A program made the position numbers and the translations under genes. Shown piece by piece: positions 20,624-31,186 of a DNA stretch of 64,000 bases. This stretch comes from Bacillota bacterium (GTDB lineage Bacteria > Bacillota > UBA4882 > UBA8346). The number at the start of each line of letters is the position of its first letter. Positions within the stretch are counted from its first letter, which is position 1. The notes below the pieces were generated by a model. That model ran no database searches and was not told where the DNA came from. It saw only the letters and a list, made by a program, of their open reading frames with translations. Location of the stretch: contig JAAYEK010000151.1 in the NCBI GenBank assembly GCA_012728785.1, positions 3,096 through 67,095 on the forward strand. The letters run 5' to 3'.

Positions 20624-21412
20624 CTAATGAAGGTGCCTTAACATTAAGCGCATCATTTTAAAAGTATCGCCCGAATTGGAAAATGTCGCTTCGATTAAGA
20701 TTACAAAAACCGGGAGAAAAAAGACAATCATCATCATGCCTAAAATAATCTTTACCGGAAAACCGATAATAAACACATTTATTTGGGGAATCAACTTGGC
20801 GATAATTCCCAAAGCAACATTGGACAAAAAAATCGTAGCGATAATCGGGATCGCGATTTTGAACCCATAGTAAAACATATGGGAAAAAGCCATCACAAAA
20901 ACTCCTACTGCTTCCTTCTTAATCCATAACATTCCCGGTTTTATCACTTGATAGCTTTGAATAAAAGAAGAAATAACAGTATGATGGCCATTGATAGCTA
21001 AAAAAATCAATAGCGTCACTATGTAATTGACTTGCCCCATAATCGGCATTTGAGCGCCGGTGGTCGGGTCCAATATATTGACCATCCCGAAACCCATCTC
21101 GACATCAAAAAAATAACCGGCTATTTGAACGGCATATAATGTCAGGTTAATCATAAATCCCATAATTAAACCGGTCAATAATTCTTGAACCAGGGTGAAA
21201 ACAGTCATCCCAAATGTGAATTGATTAAAATCAATATCGCCGACAACAAAAGGAGCCACAACCATCGCCAAACCAAAGGCCACTACAACTTTAACAGGAG
21301 GCGGAATGTTGCGGCTCTGAAAGATGGGCGCAGTCATTATCATTCCTGCAGACCGGGCAAAACAGATTAATATTTGAGAAAAAGTCACGTTGAATATCTG
21401 CTCAAAACTCAA
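20624..21412 (-). CDS. fliR: Flagellar export protein FliR
   Basis: TAPIF, AGYFFDVEMGFGM, PQINVFIIGFPVKI. Confidence 0.94.
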   Translation of the reverse strand: MSFEQIFNVTFSQILICFARSAGMIMTAPIFQSRNIPPPVKVVVAFGLAMVVAPFVVGDIDFNQFTFGMTVFTLVQELLTGLIMGFMINLTLYAVQIAGYFFDVEMGFGMVNILDPTTGAQMPIMGQVNYIVTLLIFLAINGHHTVISSFIQSYQVIKPGMLWIKKEAVGVFVMAFSHMFYYGFKIAIPIIATIFLSNVALGIIAKLIPQINVFIIGFPVKIILGMMMIVFFLPVFVILIEATFSNSGDTFKMMRLMLRHLH

Positions 21413-21501
21413 ATGCCCTCACCCGCTCTCGTTACTCATCGTTCACCGTTGGTAATTAAACTATCATATTACCAGATACCTATATAGTTAACCTAGGGTA
21501 A

Positions 21502-21777
21502 TTAACGAATAAAAGTAAATTGATTTAAATTTCCAAGAATCTTATCACTAAAAGTTAATAAGGTATGTAACATCCAGGGACCAAAAAAAATTATCGCCGC
21601 CAACACGGCCAAAATTTTCGGAATAAAGGTAAGCGTTTGTTCGTGAATTTGGGTAGTTGCCTGAAAAATACTAATCACAAGACCGACTAACAAACCAACG
21701 CCTAACATCGGGGCGGAAACTAATAATACTGTTGTTAACGCCTCTCTGATTAACGCGACCACAAAGGTATCGGTCAA
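21502..21777 (-). CDS. fliQ: Flagellar export protein FliQ
   Basis: SIFQATTQIHEQTLTFIPK. Confidence 0.96.
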   Translation of the reverse strand: MTDTFVVALIREALTTVLLVSAPMLGVGLLVGLVISIFQATTQIHEQTLTFIPKILAVLAAIIFFGPWMLHTLLTFSDKILGNLNQFTFIR

Positions 21778-21927
21778 AAATAATCACAGCCTTTCAGAGA
21801 ATTTATTGATAATGAAATAAACGATTAATTATGGACCTAAACCAAAACATTAATAACCCAAACGACACTTACCTAAGAATAAGAGAAACCAAATTGTCTC
21901 TAAGTTGTACAATACCAACTCCGGAGG

Positions 21928-22701
21928 CTAACCAAAACTTTGTAATAACGACCGGGTGACCAAATGCCAACCGTCTACCATTACGAAGAGTAAAATTTTA
22001 AATGGCAAAGCCACCATCATCGGCGGCAACATCATCATCCCCATGGACATTAGGGTGCTTGCCACAATCATGTCAATCACCAAAAAAGGCACGAATATCA
22101 AAAACCCCATTTGAAAAGCAGTTTTAAGCTCACTAATAATAAAAGCCGGAATCAGCACCTGAGAAGGGATTTCATCGTTGTTTTTGGGACGCTCTATTCG
22201 GGCCGCCTGAATAAAGAGTTTCAAATCTTTGGTTCTGGTTTGTTTGAACATGAAGTCACGAATCGGTCCCATGCCACGCACAAAAGCAGTTTCTTGAGTA
22301 ATCTCTCCTCTAAGAAAAGGTTGTAAGGTTTCGCTGTTTACTACACTCCAGGTCGGCATCATGACAAAAAGGGTTAAAAACAAGGCCAACCCGATTAGCA
22401 CTTGGTTTGGGGGTGTCTGATTAGTCCCGATAGCTGATCGTACAAATGACAACACAATTACAACTCTAATAAATGAGGTAGTCATTATTAAAATTGCCGG
22501 GGCTAACGATATTACTGTTAGTAGAATTAATATTTGCAAACTTTGAGCTATTTCAGTCGGGGTATCGGCAGGCTCAACTCCTACTTGAATTCGGGGGATG
22601 GGGAAAGTAGCCGCTCCTTGGGCTATCCCGGAGAATAACGGCAAAAATATTATACAGATTAATAATATGTAAAAAAACTTAAGCTTATTATACTTTCCCA
22701 T
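21928..22701 (-). CDS. fliP: Flagellar export protein FliP
   Basis: LAPAILIMTTSF, PPNQVL, PAFIISELKTAF, MGMMMLPP. Confidence 0.97.
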   Translation of the reverse strand: MGKYNKLKFFYILLICIIFLPLFSGIAQGAATFPIPRIQVGVEPADTPTEIAQSLQILILLTVISLAPAILIMTTSFIRVVIVLSFVRSAIGTNQTPPNQVLIGLALFLTLFVMMPTWSVVNSETLQPFLRGEITQETAFVRGMGPIRDFMFKQTRTKDLKLFIQAARIERPKNNDEIPSQVLIPAFIISELKTAFQMGFLIFVPFLVIDMIVASTLMSMGMMMLPPMMVALPFKILLFVMVDGWHLVTRSLLQSFG

Positions 22702-23266
22702 CGTGGTCACGACCTCGTAATTTCCAGGAACGAAGTTTTTCCAACCTCTCCTGTAAACGTTGTTTGCTATCGGACAAATCGTTATCCATTGTTTCCCTGG
22801 AGTTCATGCTATTTACTACTGGAACAATCATCTTTGCAAATCTTCCCGTTGGGGTGTTTTGCCCGGTATCAACCATTTTTAAAAGTTCTTCGTGGAATTG
22901 GTTATCTTCAAATTCTTTGATCAGACTGATACCATGTTCGGTACTGCCTACCAGTAAAACTTTTCCATCAACTAATAATAGATAAAGATGGCGATTGGGT
23001 CCTAAAAGAAGACTCTCTGCCACCTTAATATGTCGTGCTTGAGAAAGGCCGACTCTACCGGCAAGAAATCTGGTCGCCCAATATGCCAACGCCACTACAA
23101 TAATGAGTGAGAAAAAAGACCAAACCCATTGCCCTCCGCCAAATTCCGGTCCGATATCGGTTTCAACTCCAGCTAAGACTCGCCCCGGCAGGAGGAATAG
23201 ACCAGCGCAAAACCATAGCCAGACATTACTCACCCGGAGTATACAGGAATGTTGACGCCAATTCAT
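22688..23266 (-). CDS. fliO: Flagellar protein FliO/FliZ
   Basis: TM followed by IKVAESLLLGPNRHLYLLLVDGKVLLVGST; lies between cheY and fliP. Confidence 0.85.
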   Translation of the reverse strand: MNWRQHSCILRVSNVWLWFCAGLFLLPGRVLAGVETDIGPEFGGGQWVWSFFSLIIVVALAYWATRFLAGRVGLSQARHIKVAESLLLGPNRHLYLLLVDGKVLLVGSTEHGISLIKEFEDNQFHEELLKMVDTGQNTPTGRFAKMIVPVVNSMNSRETMDNDLSDSKQRLQERLEKLRSWKLRGRDHDGKV

Positions 23267-23625
23267 GATAATACTTTGCGGACGGCTTCTAAGACCCGTT
23301 CGGGTTGGAAAGGCTTAACTACAAAATCTTTAGCTCCAGCTTGAATGGCATCGATTACCATTGCTTGTTGCCCCATAGCGCTACACATGATAATCTGAGC
23401 ATCAGCGTCAAGCTTCCTTATTTCCTTAACAGCGGTAATACCATCCATATCCGGCATGGTGATATCCATGGTTACCAAGTCTGGGCGGAGTTCTTTATAC
23501 TTTTCAACCGCTTTGGAACCATCTTCGGCTTCGCCAACTACTTCAAAACCACCCTTGCGTAAAATATCCTTGATCATCATACGCATGAAAGCCGCATCAT
23601 CAACAACTAGTACTTTGTTACCCAC
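23263..23625 (-). CDS. cheY: Chemotaxis response regulator CheY
   Basis: VDDAAFMRMMIK, MDITMP, CSAMGQQ, KPF (B. subtilis type). Confidence 0.97.
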   Translation of the reverse strand: MGNKVLVVDDAAFMRMMIKDILRKGGFEVVGEAEDGSKAVEKYKELRPDLVTMDITMPDMDGITAVKEIRKLDADAQIIMCSAMGQQAMVIDAIQAGAKDFVVKPFQPERVLEAVRKVLS

Positions 23626-23646
23626 CAGAAATTCCTCCTTTAGGAA

Positions 23647-24840
23647 TTATTGAAGTGTATTTGCTCTTTCGAGCGGGCTAATAATATCGGTAATCTTGAT
23701 GCCAAAGTTTTCATCAATAACCACTACTTCACCTTTGGCGATCATCTTGCCATTGACGTAGACATCCACTGGATCTCCCGCCAATTTATCCAGTTCTATG
23801 ATGGAACCGATGCCCAGGTCTAAAATATCTTTGATTTTCATTCTGGTTCCACCTAATTCCACAGTAACCTGTAACGGGACATCTAGAATTAATCCAATAT
23901 TGCCGGTCTCTTTACCGGTCTTGCCATTTCCAATAGGTCCGAATTGAGCGGGTTGTACCATCACCGGCGATCTAACCTCCGTTCTATTATAACTGTAATT
24001 AACTGGAGCCGGTGTAGGAGCCGTATTTACAGGTTGAGTATTGGTAACCGGTTCCATAACTGGCTGGCTCGGTTGTGGTGGAATTGGTTGTTGAAATTCG
24101 GGAGTTTCAACCGAATTCACCCGGGCTGGAACTTCTTCAACGACAGGCGCAACACTTTCTGTTACCAAAGTAGTAGCTACCTGTGTTTCCTCGATTAATT
24201 TATCAGCCAACTCAATCGCCAAATCATAAGAAATAACCAACATCAATTCGCTGTCAACCAAACCATCAATTTGCAACTTAAACGATACAACTACTATTTG
24301 ATTGTCTAAATCAACATCACGGATAATTGATTCGCTATCTGATGCTAAGTCTACCACTTTAATTCGGGGTGGATCCACATCAATACGTTGCCGAAATAAA
24401 GTGGATAGCGAAGTGGCGGCATTGCCGACCATTTGATTCATGGATTCTCCCACTGCGCTTAATTCGAGCTGTTCTAATGTTTGTTTTGGATTTGAGCCAT
24501 CTTTTCCCATCATTAGATCGGCGATGACTAACGCGTCACTTACTTTTAAAATCAGAACATTACTGCCTGTCAATCCCTTTTTATAATCCACTTCCACCAA
24601 AACATAGGGGACTGGATGCTGTTCCTTTAGTGCTTTTTGGGTCGATAATATTACTGTAGGAGTATCAATTATCACCCGTTTGTTCAATAACTCCGATAAC
24701 GCGGTCGACGCCGTCCCATAACTAATGTTACCGATCTCCCCCAGTGCATCAGTTTGCATTGGGGTTAGTTGTGAAGAATCACCCTCATCGCCTTTGAGTA
24801 GGGCATTGATTTCTTCCTGGGTAAGAATCTGTCGATCCAT
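23647..24840 (-). CDS. fliY: Flagellar switch phosphatase FliY
   Basis: [10 protein letters not shown], two CheC-like ExxN motifs, C-terminal FliN domain. Confidence 0.95.
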   Translation of the reverse strand: MDRQILTQEEINALLKGDEGDSSQLTPMQTDALGEIGNISYGTASTALSELLNKRVIIDTPTVILSTQKALKEQHPVPYVLVEVDYKKGLTGSNVLILKVSDALVIADLMMGKDGSNPKQTLEQLELSAVGESMNQMVGNAATSLSTLFRQRIDVDPPRIKVVDLASDSESIIRDVDLDNQIVVVSFKLQIDGLVDSELMLVISYDLAIELADKLIEETQVATTLVTESVAPVVEEVPARVNSVETPEFQQPIPPQPSQPVMEPVTNTQPVNTAPTPAPVNYSYNRTEVRSPVMVQPAQFGPIGNGKTGKETGNIGLILDVPLQVTVELGGTRMKIKDILDLGIGSIIELDKLAGDPVDVYVNGKMIAKGEVVVIDENFGIKITDIISPLERANTLQ

Positions 24841-24847
24841 GAACCTC

Positions 24848-25828
24848 TCACCCCTCCCGAACTATCTTTCCTATTTGAACCGCCACCCGATTTTCGGATA
24901 CCCCGGGTGTGCCTTGAAATTTCACCTGATTGCCGATTTTAATATCCAAAAGACCTTTAACATATTGGTCAAGTTGAATTACATCACCGACTTTGATAGT
25001 TAACATCTCCCCAACCGTAACATTTGCTTTTCCTAATTCTACTGTAACCGGCACTTGAGCTTGGTTTAGCCGATGCTGAATGTTGGCAATACTTTGGGCG
25101 GTGGATGGCTTAGTAGCCTTAGCGAACCATATTTGAGCGTTCAAACGGTCTAAAATTGGTTCAATCACCGCAAATGGCAGACAAATATTCATGAGTCCAA
25201 AAGCTTCGGCAATTCTAAGTTCCAAAGTTATCAAAACCACCATGTCGGAGAGAGGGATGATCTGAGTAAACATCGGATTCAACTCGATCGATTCCAATAC
25301 TGGGTTTAATTCCGCAACCACTTGCCATACTTCTTTGATATTGGGAAAAATCCGATTCATTACCCGCTTAACCACAGTTTGTTCGATATCGGTAAGTTCC
25401 CTGATCTTTTCCATTGAATAACCATAACCGCCCAATAAACGATCGACCATGGCAAAAGCCAAATGAGGAGATATTTCGATAATAGCGTTTCCTTCCAGCG
25501 GTTTCATAGACATAATCGTCATTACTGTCGGGTTATGTAAGCTCTTGGTAAACTCCTCATAGGTTAATTGGTCAATTGATACCACCTGGGCCCTAACCAT
25601 ACTCCGTAAGTAAGTCGATAATGAAGTTGTCAGTAGCCGGGCAAAGTTTTCATGCAACATTACCAAAGTCCGTAACTGGTCCTTAGAAAGCTTATTTGGC
25701 CGACGAAAATCATAGGGCTTGACTTTACGCTTTTTTTCTTCGGATATTACTTCGTCAGCCTTAATACTTCCAGATGATAAGGCCTCTAATAGGGCATCTA
25801 TTTCTGATTGCGATAGAACTTCAGCCAC
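24848..25828 (-). CDS. fliM: Flagellar motor switch protein FliM
   Basis: [29 protein letters not shown]. Confidence 0.97.
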   Translation of the reverse strand: MAEVLSQSEIDALLEALSSGSIKADEVISEEKKRKVKPYDFRRPNKLSKDQLRTLVMLHENFARLLTTSLSTYLRSMVRAQVVSIDQLTYEEFTKSLHNPTVMTIMSMKPLEGNAIIEISPHLAFAMVDRLLGGYGYSMEKIRELTDIEQTVVKRVMNRIFPNIKEVWQVVAELNPVLESIELNPMFTQIIPLSDMVVLITLELRIAEAFGLMNICLPFAVIEPILDRLNAQIWFAKATKPSTAQSIANIQHRLNQAQVPVTVELGKANVTVGEMLTIKVGDVIQLDQYVKGLLDIKIGNQVKFQGTPGVSENRVAVQIGKIVREG

Positions 25829-25843
25829 AGCCGGAAGTACCCC

Positions 25844-26338
25844 CTACTGAATAATAAAATCCTGAAAATAGATATTACGAACCTTCCCAATTGTCATTAG
25901 TTCATTAATACTATTAATAATTTCGCTGCGAACTTGGTCTTTCCCTTCTTTTTCAATAATATTCTCTTTGGTTTTTGAACCTAAAATATTAATGATTAAG
26001 TCTCGAATTTGCGGAACTCGCTTGGTAACTTCCGCCACGGTCTTCTCGTCGCTATCCAATTCAAGCACTATATTTGTTTTTAAGAAATGTTCCATTCCCT
26101 CTTCGGAACAAATATTTACCAAAATATCATTACCTAGACTAATGACCGGACCCATTTCCCGGGCTTGTTTGAGAACAATTTTAGTTGTAGGAGCGTTTGT
26201 CTGTTTCAAAGTAATGATAATAAAGGTTCCAAAAAAAATAGTTGTCACTAGGAACGAAAAAATACCTATAAAAATTACTGCTTTATTATTATTAATAATG
26301 CTACTCTTAGGATTATTTTTAGTTACTTCTTCGGCCAT
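25844..26338 (-). CDS. fliL: Flagellar basal body protein FliL
   Basis: TM, ILVNI, PQIRDLI, VRNIYFQDFIIQ. Confidence 0.9.
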   Translation of the reverse strand: MAEEVTKNNPKSSIINNNKAVIFIGIFSFLVTTIFFGTFIIITLKQTNAPTTKIVLKQAREMGPVISLGNDILVNICSEEGMEHFLKTNIVLELDSDEKTVAEVTKRVPQIRDLIINILGSKTKENIIEKEGKDQVRSEIINSINELMTIGKVRNIYFQDFIIQ

Positions 26339-26355
26339 CTATAGATACCTCCCAA

Positions 26356-27111
26356 TCAGTTATTACCATCAATACCTGGTTTTTTTATCACATTAACCGC
26401 GTTGTTTTTAGCCAATCCGGTAATAATTACAATATCCACTCTCCGGTTTCGGGCCCGATTTTCTTCACTATCATTCTTAATTAAAGGATGGTATTGCCCA
26501 TATCCGGCTACGGATATTCTTTCCGGTTCAAAACCGACTCTGTTTATTAAAAACTTGGTGACATTTATGGCCCGAATGGCAGACAGCTCCCAGTTAGAAG
26601 GAAATTGAGAGCTTCTAATCGGCAAGTCGCAAGTATGCCCTTCGATTCGTAGTGGATATCTTCTCTCTTTTAAAATTTTTCCAACACCCTCCAGGATCAC
26701 CTCGGCATCAGGCATTATTTGGGCTGAACCTATTTTGAAAAAAAGTTTTTCTTTAAAACTAATCGTGATACCTCTCTCCGTAATGGTTACTTCTGCTTGT
26801 CCCTTCCATTTAGTATCGTCAATTACTCTTTTAATATCTTGAAACAATTGCTCTATTTGTCGCTGTTGGATTATGGGAGCGTCAAAAACCGATACATTTC
26901 CCTGTAAGACACCGCCGGCCCCACCGAAGGCCGAACGCATTGATAATTGCACTTGTTCGTATTTTTTGGCGTCAATGCTGGAAAAAGCGAATAACGCCAC
27001 GAAAAAACAAAGTACCAAAGTTACCATATCGCCATAGGTGACATTCCATAACGGCGCCCCAGGCGCCGGTTCCTCCGGTTTCTTTTTAAGCAATTGATCT
27101 CGCCCTTTCAT
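26356..27111 (-). CDS. motB: Flagellar stator MotB
   Basis: WNVTYGDMVTL, OmpA-like EGHTCD, SNWELSAIRA, NRRVDI. Confidence 0.93.
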   Translation of the reverse strand: MKGRDQLLKKKPEEPAPGAPLWNVTYGDMVTLVLCFFVALFAFSSIDAKKYEQVQLSMRSAFGGAGGVLQGNVSVFDAPIIQQRQIEQLFQDIKRVIDDTKWKGQAEVTITERGITISFKEKLFFKIGSAQIMPDAEVILEGVGKILKERRYPLRIEGHTCDLPIRSSQFPSNWELSAIRAINVTKFLINRVGFEPERISVAGYGQYHPLIKNDSEENRARNRRVDIVIITGLAKNNAVNVIKKPGIDGNN

Positions 27112-27889
27112 CCCGGTCAGACCGGTCAGTTTTAAGATGCGACCGCTGGCTTGGAGATAAGAATGCCTTTAACTTTTCTTCCACAATCCTAGGATTTTCA
27201 CCGGCCTGGATCGACAAGATTCCTTCAATCATTATTTGCCGCAAAAACATTTCCTCTCCGCTACGCTTAGAGAGTTTCCCGGCAGCCGGAGTACATACCA
27301 AATTGGCCCAAAGGGCCCCATAGAAAGTTGTTATCAAAGCCACACCCATTTTAGGGCCGATAGTCGCGACATCATCAAGAGTAGACAGCATTTGAATCAA
27401 GCCGATAACAGTTCCGATCATCCCAAAACCCGGCGCTAAAGCAGCCCAGGATTCAAAGAAGGACCTAATGGATTTGTGGCGTTCTTCCATAAATGATAAT
27501 TCAATCTCAAGAATATTACGGACTAATTCAGGATCAGTTCCGTCTACAATCAATTGAATCCCTTTTTTTAAAAAAGCGTCGTTTGAATGTTGAATTTCAT
27601 CTTCTAATGCTAACAAACCTTCACGTCTGGCTTTTTTTGCAAATCCAACAATCTCTTCAATTGTTCCTTCAGTATCCAACTGTTTAGCAAAAAAAAGATG
27701 CTTCAAAGCTCTTGCGCTTTCTTTAAAGGTAATAAACGGATAGTTGACCAGCATTGCCATAATGGAACCGCCAAAGGTAATAAACATTGACGGCGGATCC
27801 ACAAAACCCATCAACGGTCCATTGGCCGCAATTCCTGTCGCCAATAACACAAGTCCGCCAACTAGCCCTATTATAGTTGATAACTCCAT
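27086..27889 (-). CDS. motA: Flagellar stator MotA
   Basis: ARREGLLALE, APGFGMIGTVIGL, ALITTFYG, GENPR. Confidence 0.95.
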   Translation of the reverse strand: MELSTIIGLVGGLVLLATGIAANGPLMGFVDPPSMFITFGGSIMAMLVNYPFITFKESARALKHLFFAKQLDTEGTIEEIVGFAKKARREGLLALEDEIQHSNDAFLKKGIQLIVDGTDPELVRNILEIELSFMEERHKSIRSFFESWAALAPGFGMIGTVIGLIQMLSTLDDVATIGPKMGVALITTFYGALWANLVCTPAAGKLSKRSGEEMFLRQIMIEGILSIQAGENPRIVEEKLKAFLSPSQRSHLKTDRSDRDERARSIA

Positions 27890-27901
27890 CCAACCATCAC
27901 C

Positions 27902-28111
27902 TCAAGTTGTACCCTTAAACTCGAAAAACTTTTCTCCGATCGTTTTACGGTACTTTATTATTTTTGCAACCACTTCGGTGACAGGTTCCTTTATAATCAA
28001 TTGTTTACCGGTGCTCAGAGTAATCACCGTATCCGGAGTGGCTTCAATTGTCTCGATTAAGTGGGGATTAAGCCAAAATTCCTTATTATTCAGTCGTTTA
28101 ATGGAAATCAT
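27902..28111 (-). CDS. flbD: Flagellar protein FlbD (SwrD)
   Basis: MISIKRLN..EFWLNPHLIETIEATPDTVITL; ATG at 28111 has a GGAGG RBS. Confidence 0.92.
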   Translation of the reverse strand: MISIKRLNNKEFWLNPHLIETIEATPDTVITLSTGKQLIIKEPVTEVVAKIIKYRKTIGEKFFEFKGTT

Positions 28112-28171
28112 TTTTAATCCTCCACGAATACCATTGATTATCATCCGTAATAAAGCTGGTTTATAGTCTAT

Positions 28172-28200
28172 ATATCGTCTGTAAATCCATTTTCTTTTAG
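28172..28200 (-). promoter_or_regulatory. SigD-type internal promoter for flbD-motA-motB-fliL
   Basis: Minus strand CTAAA-N16-GACGATAT. Confidence 0.65.
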
Positions 28201-28336
28201 CCTTGAATGATGAATAAGCTAAAAAAATTGAATTTAATGTTGTTTTAAACTGTCTAATATATCTTAAACCAGCGTCAAAAGGAGAATCTCGACCAATTGT
28301 TAATTTCATGTAAAACTTTCCTATTTTTTATTAAAC

Positions 28337-28361
28337 TAGGGGAAGAATATTCCTTCCCCTA
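28337..28361 (-). terminator. Terminator hairpin after flgE
   Basis: taggggaag...cttccccta inverted repeat. Confidence 0.6.
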
Positions 28362-28374
28362 ATTTAAGTCATCA

Positions 28375-30630
28375 TTACCGTTTCAAGTTAACCAGCTCTT
28401 GAAGCATCTCATCAGAGGTGGTAATCACCCGGGAGTTCGATTGGAACCCGCGTTCAGTCATGATCATGTCCGTAAACTCTTGAGAAAGATCCACATTGGA
28501 CATTTCGACCGTACCCGGAGTTATCTGGCCGCGGCTGCCCTGACCCGCCTGTCCAACCTGGGGTTGCCCCGAGTTGCTGGACTCCTCAAACATAGTATCG
28601 CCAACTCTGGATAAACCGCCCGGATTGGTAAAACTGGCCACCGCCAGCTGGGCCAAGTTCTGGTTCATTCCGTTGGAGAAGACTCCAACGATCCTGCCGG
28701 ACTTGTCAATGTTGAACCCTTGCAACATCCCCATAGGATAACCATCCTGGAAGGGGGATGTGAAATCGGAGATGGCCATATTATCACTGTCTAAAGTTCC
28801 GGCATATTGGCTCAGATCGCTAAAATCAGGATTAATCCTTACCGGTAAAGCTCCGGGCGGGGTGAAGGTAATTGGACCTCCGGTGTAAGATATTAATTCT
28901 CCTTCATTGCTAAAGTTAATCCGCCCGCTTCCAATAGGATTTTCATATTCATCTACTGTCGACCAGATCCAGTTATTATCATCCATCTTAGTTGCAGTAG
29001 TGAGTAAAAGATGATCGTTACCAAGCGAATCATAAACCCGAGTCATTGTGACTACCGGTTCGGGTACTCTTATTTGAACCTGACCATCCTGACCGCCAAC
29101 CATTAAACCTTCCTCAAAAGAAGGTGGGTTAACACCATTTTGCATTGCTCCAAAAGTTACTTCAACTCCATTTTCTAAGCGAATTCTGGTAGGATCGCCT
29201 GTAACACCTGCTGTAGGAGGGCCCCAAGTGAAAGTACCGCTACCTCCAGTAAGAACAGAACCATTTTCGGCATTTAATGTCCAGCTATAAACACCCGCAA
29301 CCGGCCCCGTTACATTGAATTGAAGATGCGAAAGAACTTCTCCAGCAGCATTATTCAGATTGTAAGTATAAGTTCCGGCGCCGGCAAATGCAGGCATATT
29401 AACTGTACCGGCAGCAATAACTTCCGGAGCGCGTTCGACCACCGTAAATGTTGGTATGCCACTCATTTCCGAAGGAGGGTTGATAGTAATATTCACTCCA
29501 CTAGGAGCTGTTGAGCGAACAAGAGTGGTAACATCACTGGCATTATAAATGCCTCTTGTGGAATCCCATTCAAAAGTCCCCATACCGCCTTGTTCGATAG
29601 TGACGTTTTCAGGACCGGGATCACTATCAGGAACAATTTGCCATTGAAAACGATTGGGAATGGAAGTGCCGGTAATCTGGTACGTCAAGTTAACCGTATT
29701 CCCGGCAGTATCAATTAAAGTAGCGTCATAGTTAAAGGGCACCGTACCGGTAAAACCAGTCAATACGTTACTCTGTAAAGCTCCGGTATAATGAGCTTCA
29801 AAACCGTCTCCCATAAGTTGTCCAACCTGGGGACTCATGATCCTAACCGGAGTTCCATCAGTAGGAGTGACCTCAAACCAAGTACCAGGCGAGGCAACAA
29901 CTACTCCATTTTCATTCAACCGAATTGTACCGTGATATCCGGAGCCGCCTGTAATAGTGCCACCTTGCACAACCGCTTCATACTCATATTCATTAAATCC
30001 TACCGGCCTAAGAGTATATGTAATGGTAGCGCTATGATCGTTGCTGGCATCCGATACGGATTGGGTCATATAACGCAAATTGACATTGGTATTGGCAGCC
30101 AAATTCCCGCCAAACTCAATCTGGGAAGTAGCAATTGGAGCGATGGTTTGGCCTACCGGAATTCGAATATTGGTTACCGGCATATTGGTATTGATCACTC
30201 CAGTGATATTAGCCATCCAGCCCCGGACGATCAACCCATTGGAAGGATTAACCAACCGTCCGTCCCGTTCCATATTGAAATTCCCGGCTCGGGTATAATA
30301 CTCCCGTTGCCCGTCGCTCAAGATGAAAAATCCATCTCCTTGAATGGCAACATCGGTGATTTTTCCGGTATTTTGCAAGTTGCCCTGGGTATGCAACACA
30401 TCGATACTGGCCAGGTTCATACCTAAACCGACTTGCAAGGCGTTGATACCGCCCCGGTTGGCGTTAGGCGCGGAAGCGCCGCGCAGGGTTTGATTTAAAG
30501 TATCTTGAAAACTTACTCGACCGGCTTTATAGCCGACCGTATTAACGTTGGCGATATTATTGCCGATGGCATCCATCCGGATCTGGTGGTTCCTAAGACC
30601 CGTTACGCCGGCGAACATTGATCGCATCAT
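28375..30630 (-). CDS. flgE: Flagellar hook protein FlgE (long form, 751 aa)
   Basis: MMRSMFAGVTGL, IGNNIANVNTVGYK, YTRAGNF, VEMSNVDLSQEFTDMI. Confidence 0.96.
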   Translation of the reverse strand: MMRSMFAGVTGLRNHQIRMDAIGNNIANVNTVGYKAGRVSFQDTLNQTLRGASAPNANRGGINALQVGLGMNLASIDVLHTQGNLQNTGKITDVAIQGDGFFILSDGQREYYTRAGNFNMERDGRLVNPSNGLIVRGWMANITGVINTNMPVTNIRIPVGQTIAPIATSQIEFGGNLAANTNVNLRYMTQSVSDASNDHSATITYTLRPVGFNEYEYEAVVQGGTITGGSGYHGTIRLNENGVVVASPGTWFEVTPTDGTPVRIMSPQVGQLMGDGFEAHYTGALQSNVLTGFTGTVPFNYDATLIDTAGNTVNLTYQITGTSIPNRFQWQIVPDSDPGPENVTIEQGGMGTFEWDSTRGIYNASDVTTLVRSTAPSGVNITINPPSEMSGIPTFTVVERAPEVIAAGTVNMPAFAGAGTYTYNLNNAAGEVLSHLQFNVTGPVAGVYSWTLNAENGSVLTGGSGTFTWGPPTAGVTGDPTRIRLENGVEVTFGAMQNGVNPPSFEEGLMVGGQDGQVQIRVPEPVVTMTRVYDSLGNDHLLLTTATKMDDNNWIWSTVDEYENPIGSGRINFSNEGELISYTGGPITFTPPGALPVRINPDFSDLSQYAGTLDSDNMAISDFTSPFQDGYPMGMLQGFNIDKSGRIVGVFSNGMNQNLAQLAVASFTNPGGLSRVGDTMFEESSNSGQPQVGQAGQGSRGQITPGTVEMSNVDLSQEFTDMIMTERGFQSNSRVITTSDEMLQELVNLKR

Positions 30631-30655
30631 AGTAAAACGACCTCCTTTTACTCAG

Positions 30656-30706
30656 TTACTAGTTAACTAGTTGCTAGTTATAAACTAATCACTAATCATT
30701 AGTAAC
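30656..30706. repeat. Heptamer-based imperfect palindrome in the flgE leader
   Basis: gttacta gttaacta gttgcta gtta opposed to actaatc actaatc attagtaac. Confidence 0.5.
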
Positions 30707-30719
30707 ATTTTAATTTCTT

Positions 30720-30775
30720 CCGCCTCAATCGTTCAGCGGGTTTGGAGGCTTCCTCGGAATCTAGAGGTCCAGCCT
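30720..30775 (-). ncRNA. Candidate cis-regulatory RNA (two hairpins) upstream of flgE
   Basis: Transcript AGGCU-GGA-CCUC-loop-GAGG-A-AGCCU then CCGC-UGAACGAUUGAG-GCGG; no U tail. Confidence 0.45.
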
Positions 30776-31170
30776 CACTGTTTAACAATCACTGCGCTAT
30801 CAATGTTGGTAAAGACATTGTCCTTCAAACTGCTCTCATCAACCGCGGTGATCACGGTCCGGTTTTTGATACTGACCACCAAGGCCATCCGGTCCATTAA
30901 GATCAATGATTCCTTAGCGCCTTTAGCCTCGGCTTTGTTGACCGCATCTTTGAGCATAGCCATTTCTTGGTTACCCAAGGCAATCTGTCTAGTCTCCAAA
31001 CGCTTCAAAGCATGGGCTGAAAACTTAATTCCCGACTGCTCCGCCAGTTGTTCCTGGAAGATGGTTTCAAACTGGGTCCCGGTTCCAACTCCAGCCTTCG
31101 CAACCGGTTTACCCGGAGACGGCGCTACCTGACCGATCTGGGGCGGCCTGATTACTATCTTTTCATTCAT
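30775..31170 (-). CDS. Flagellar operon protein, TIGR02530 family
   Basis: IKFSAHALKRL, KGAKESLILM, SIKNRTVITAVD, NVFTNIDSAVI. Confidence 0.92.
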   Translation of the reverse strand: MNEKIVIRPPQIGQVAPSPGKPVAKAGVGTGTQFETIFQEQLAEQSGIKFSAHALKRLETRQIALGNQEMAMLKDAVNKAEAKGAKESLILMDRMALVVSIKNRTVITAVDESSLKDNVFTNIDSAVIVKQ

Positions 31171-31186
31171 TAGCAACTCTCCTCAT

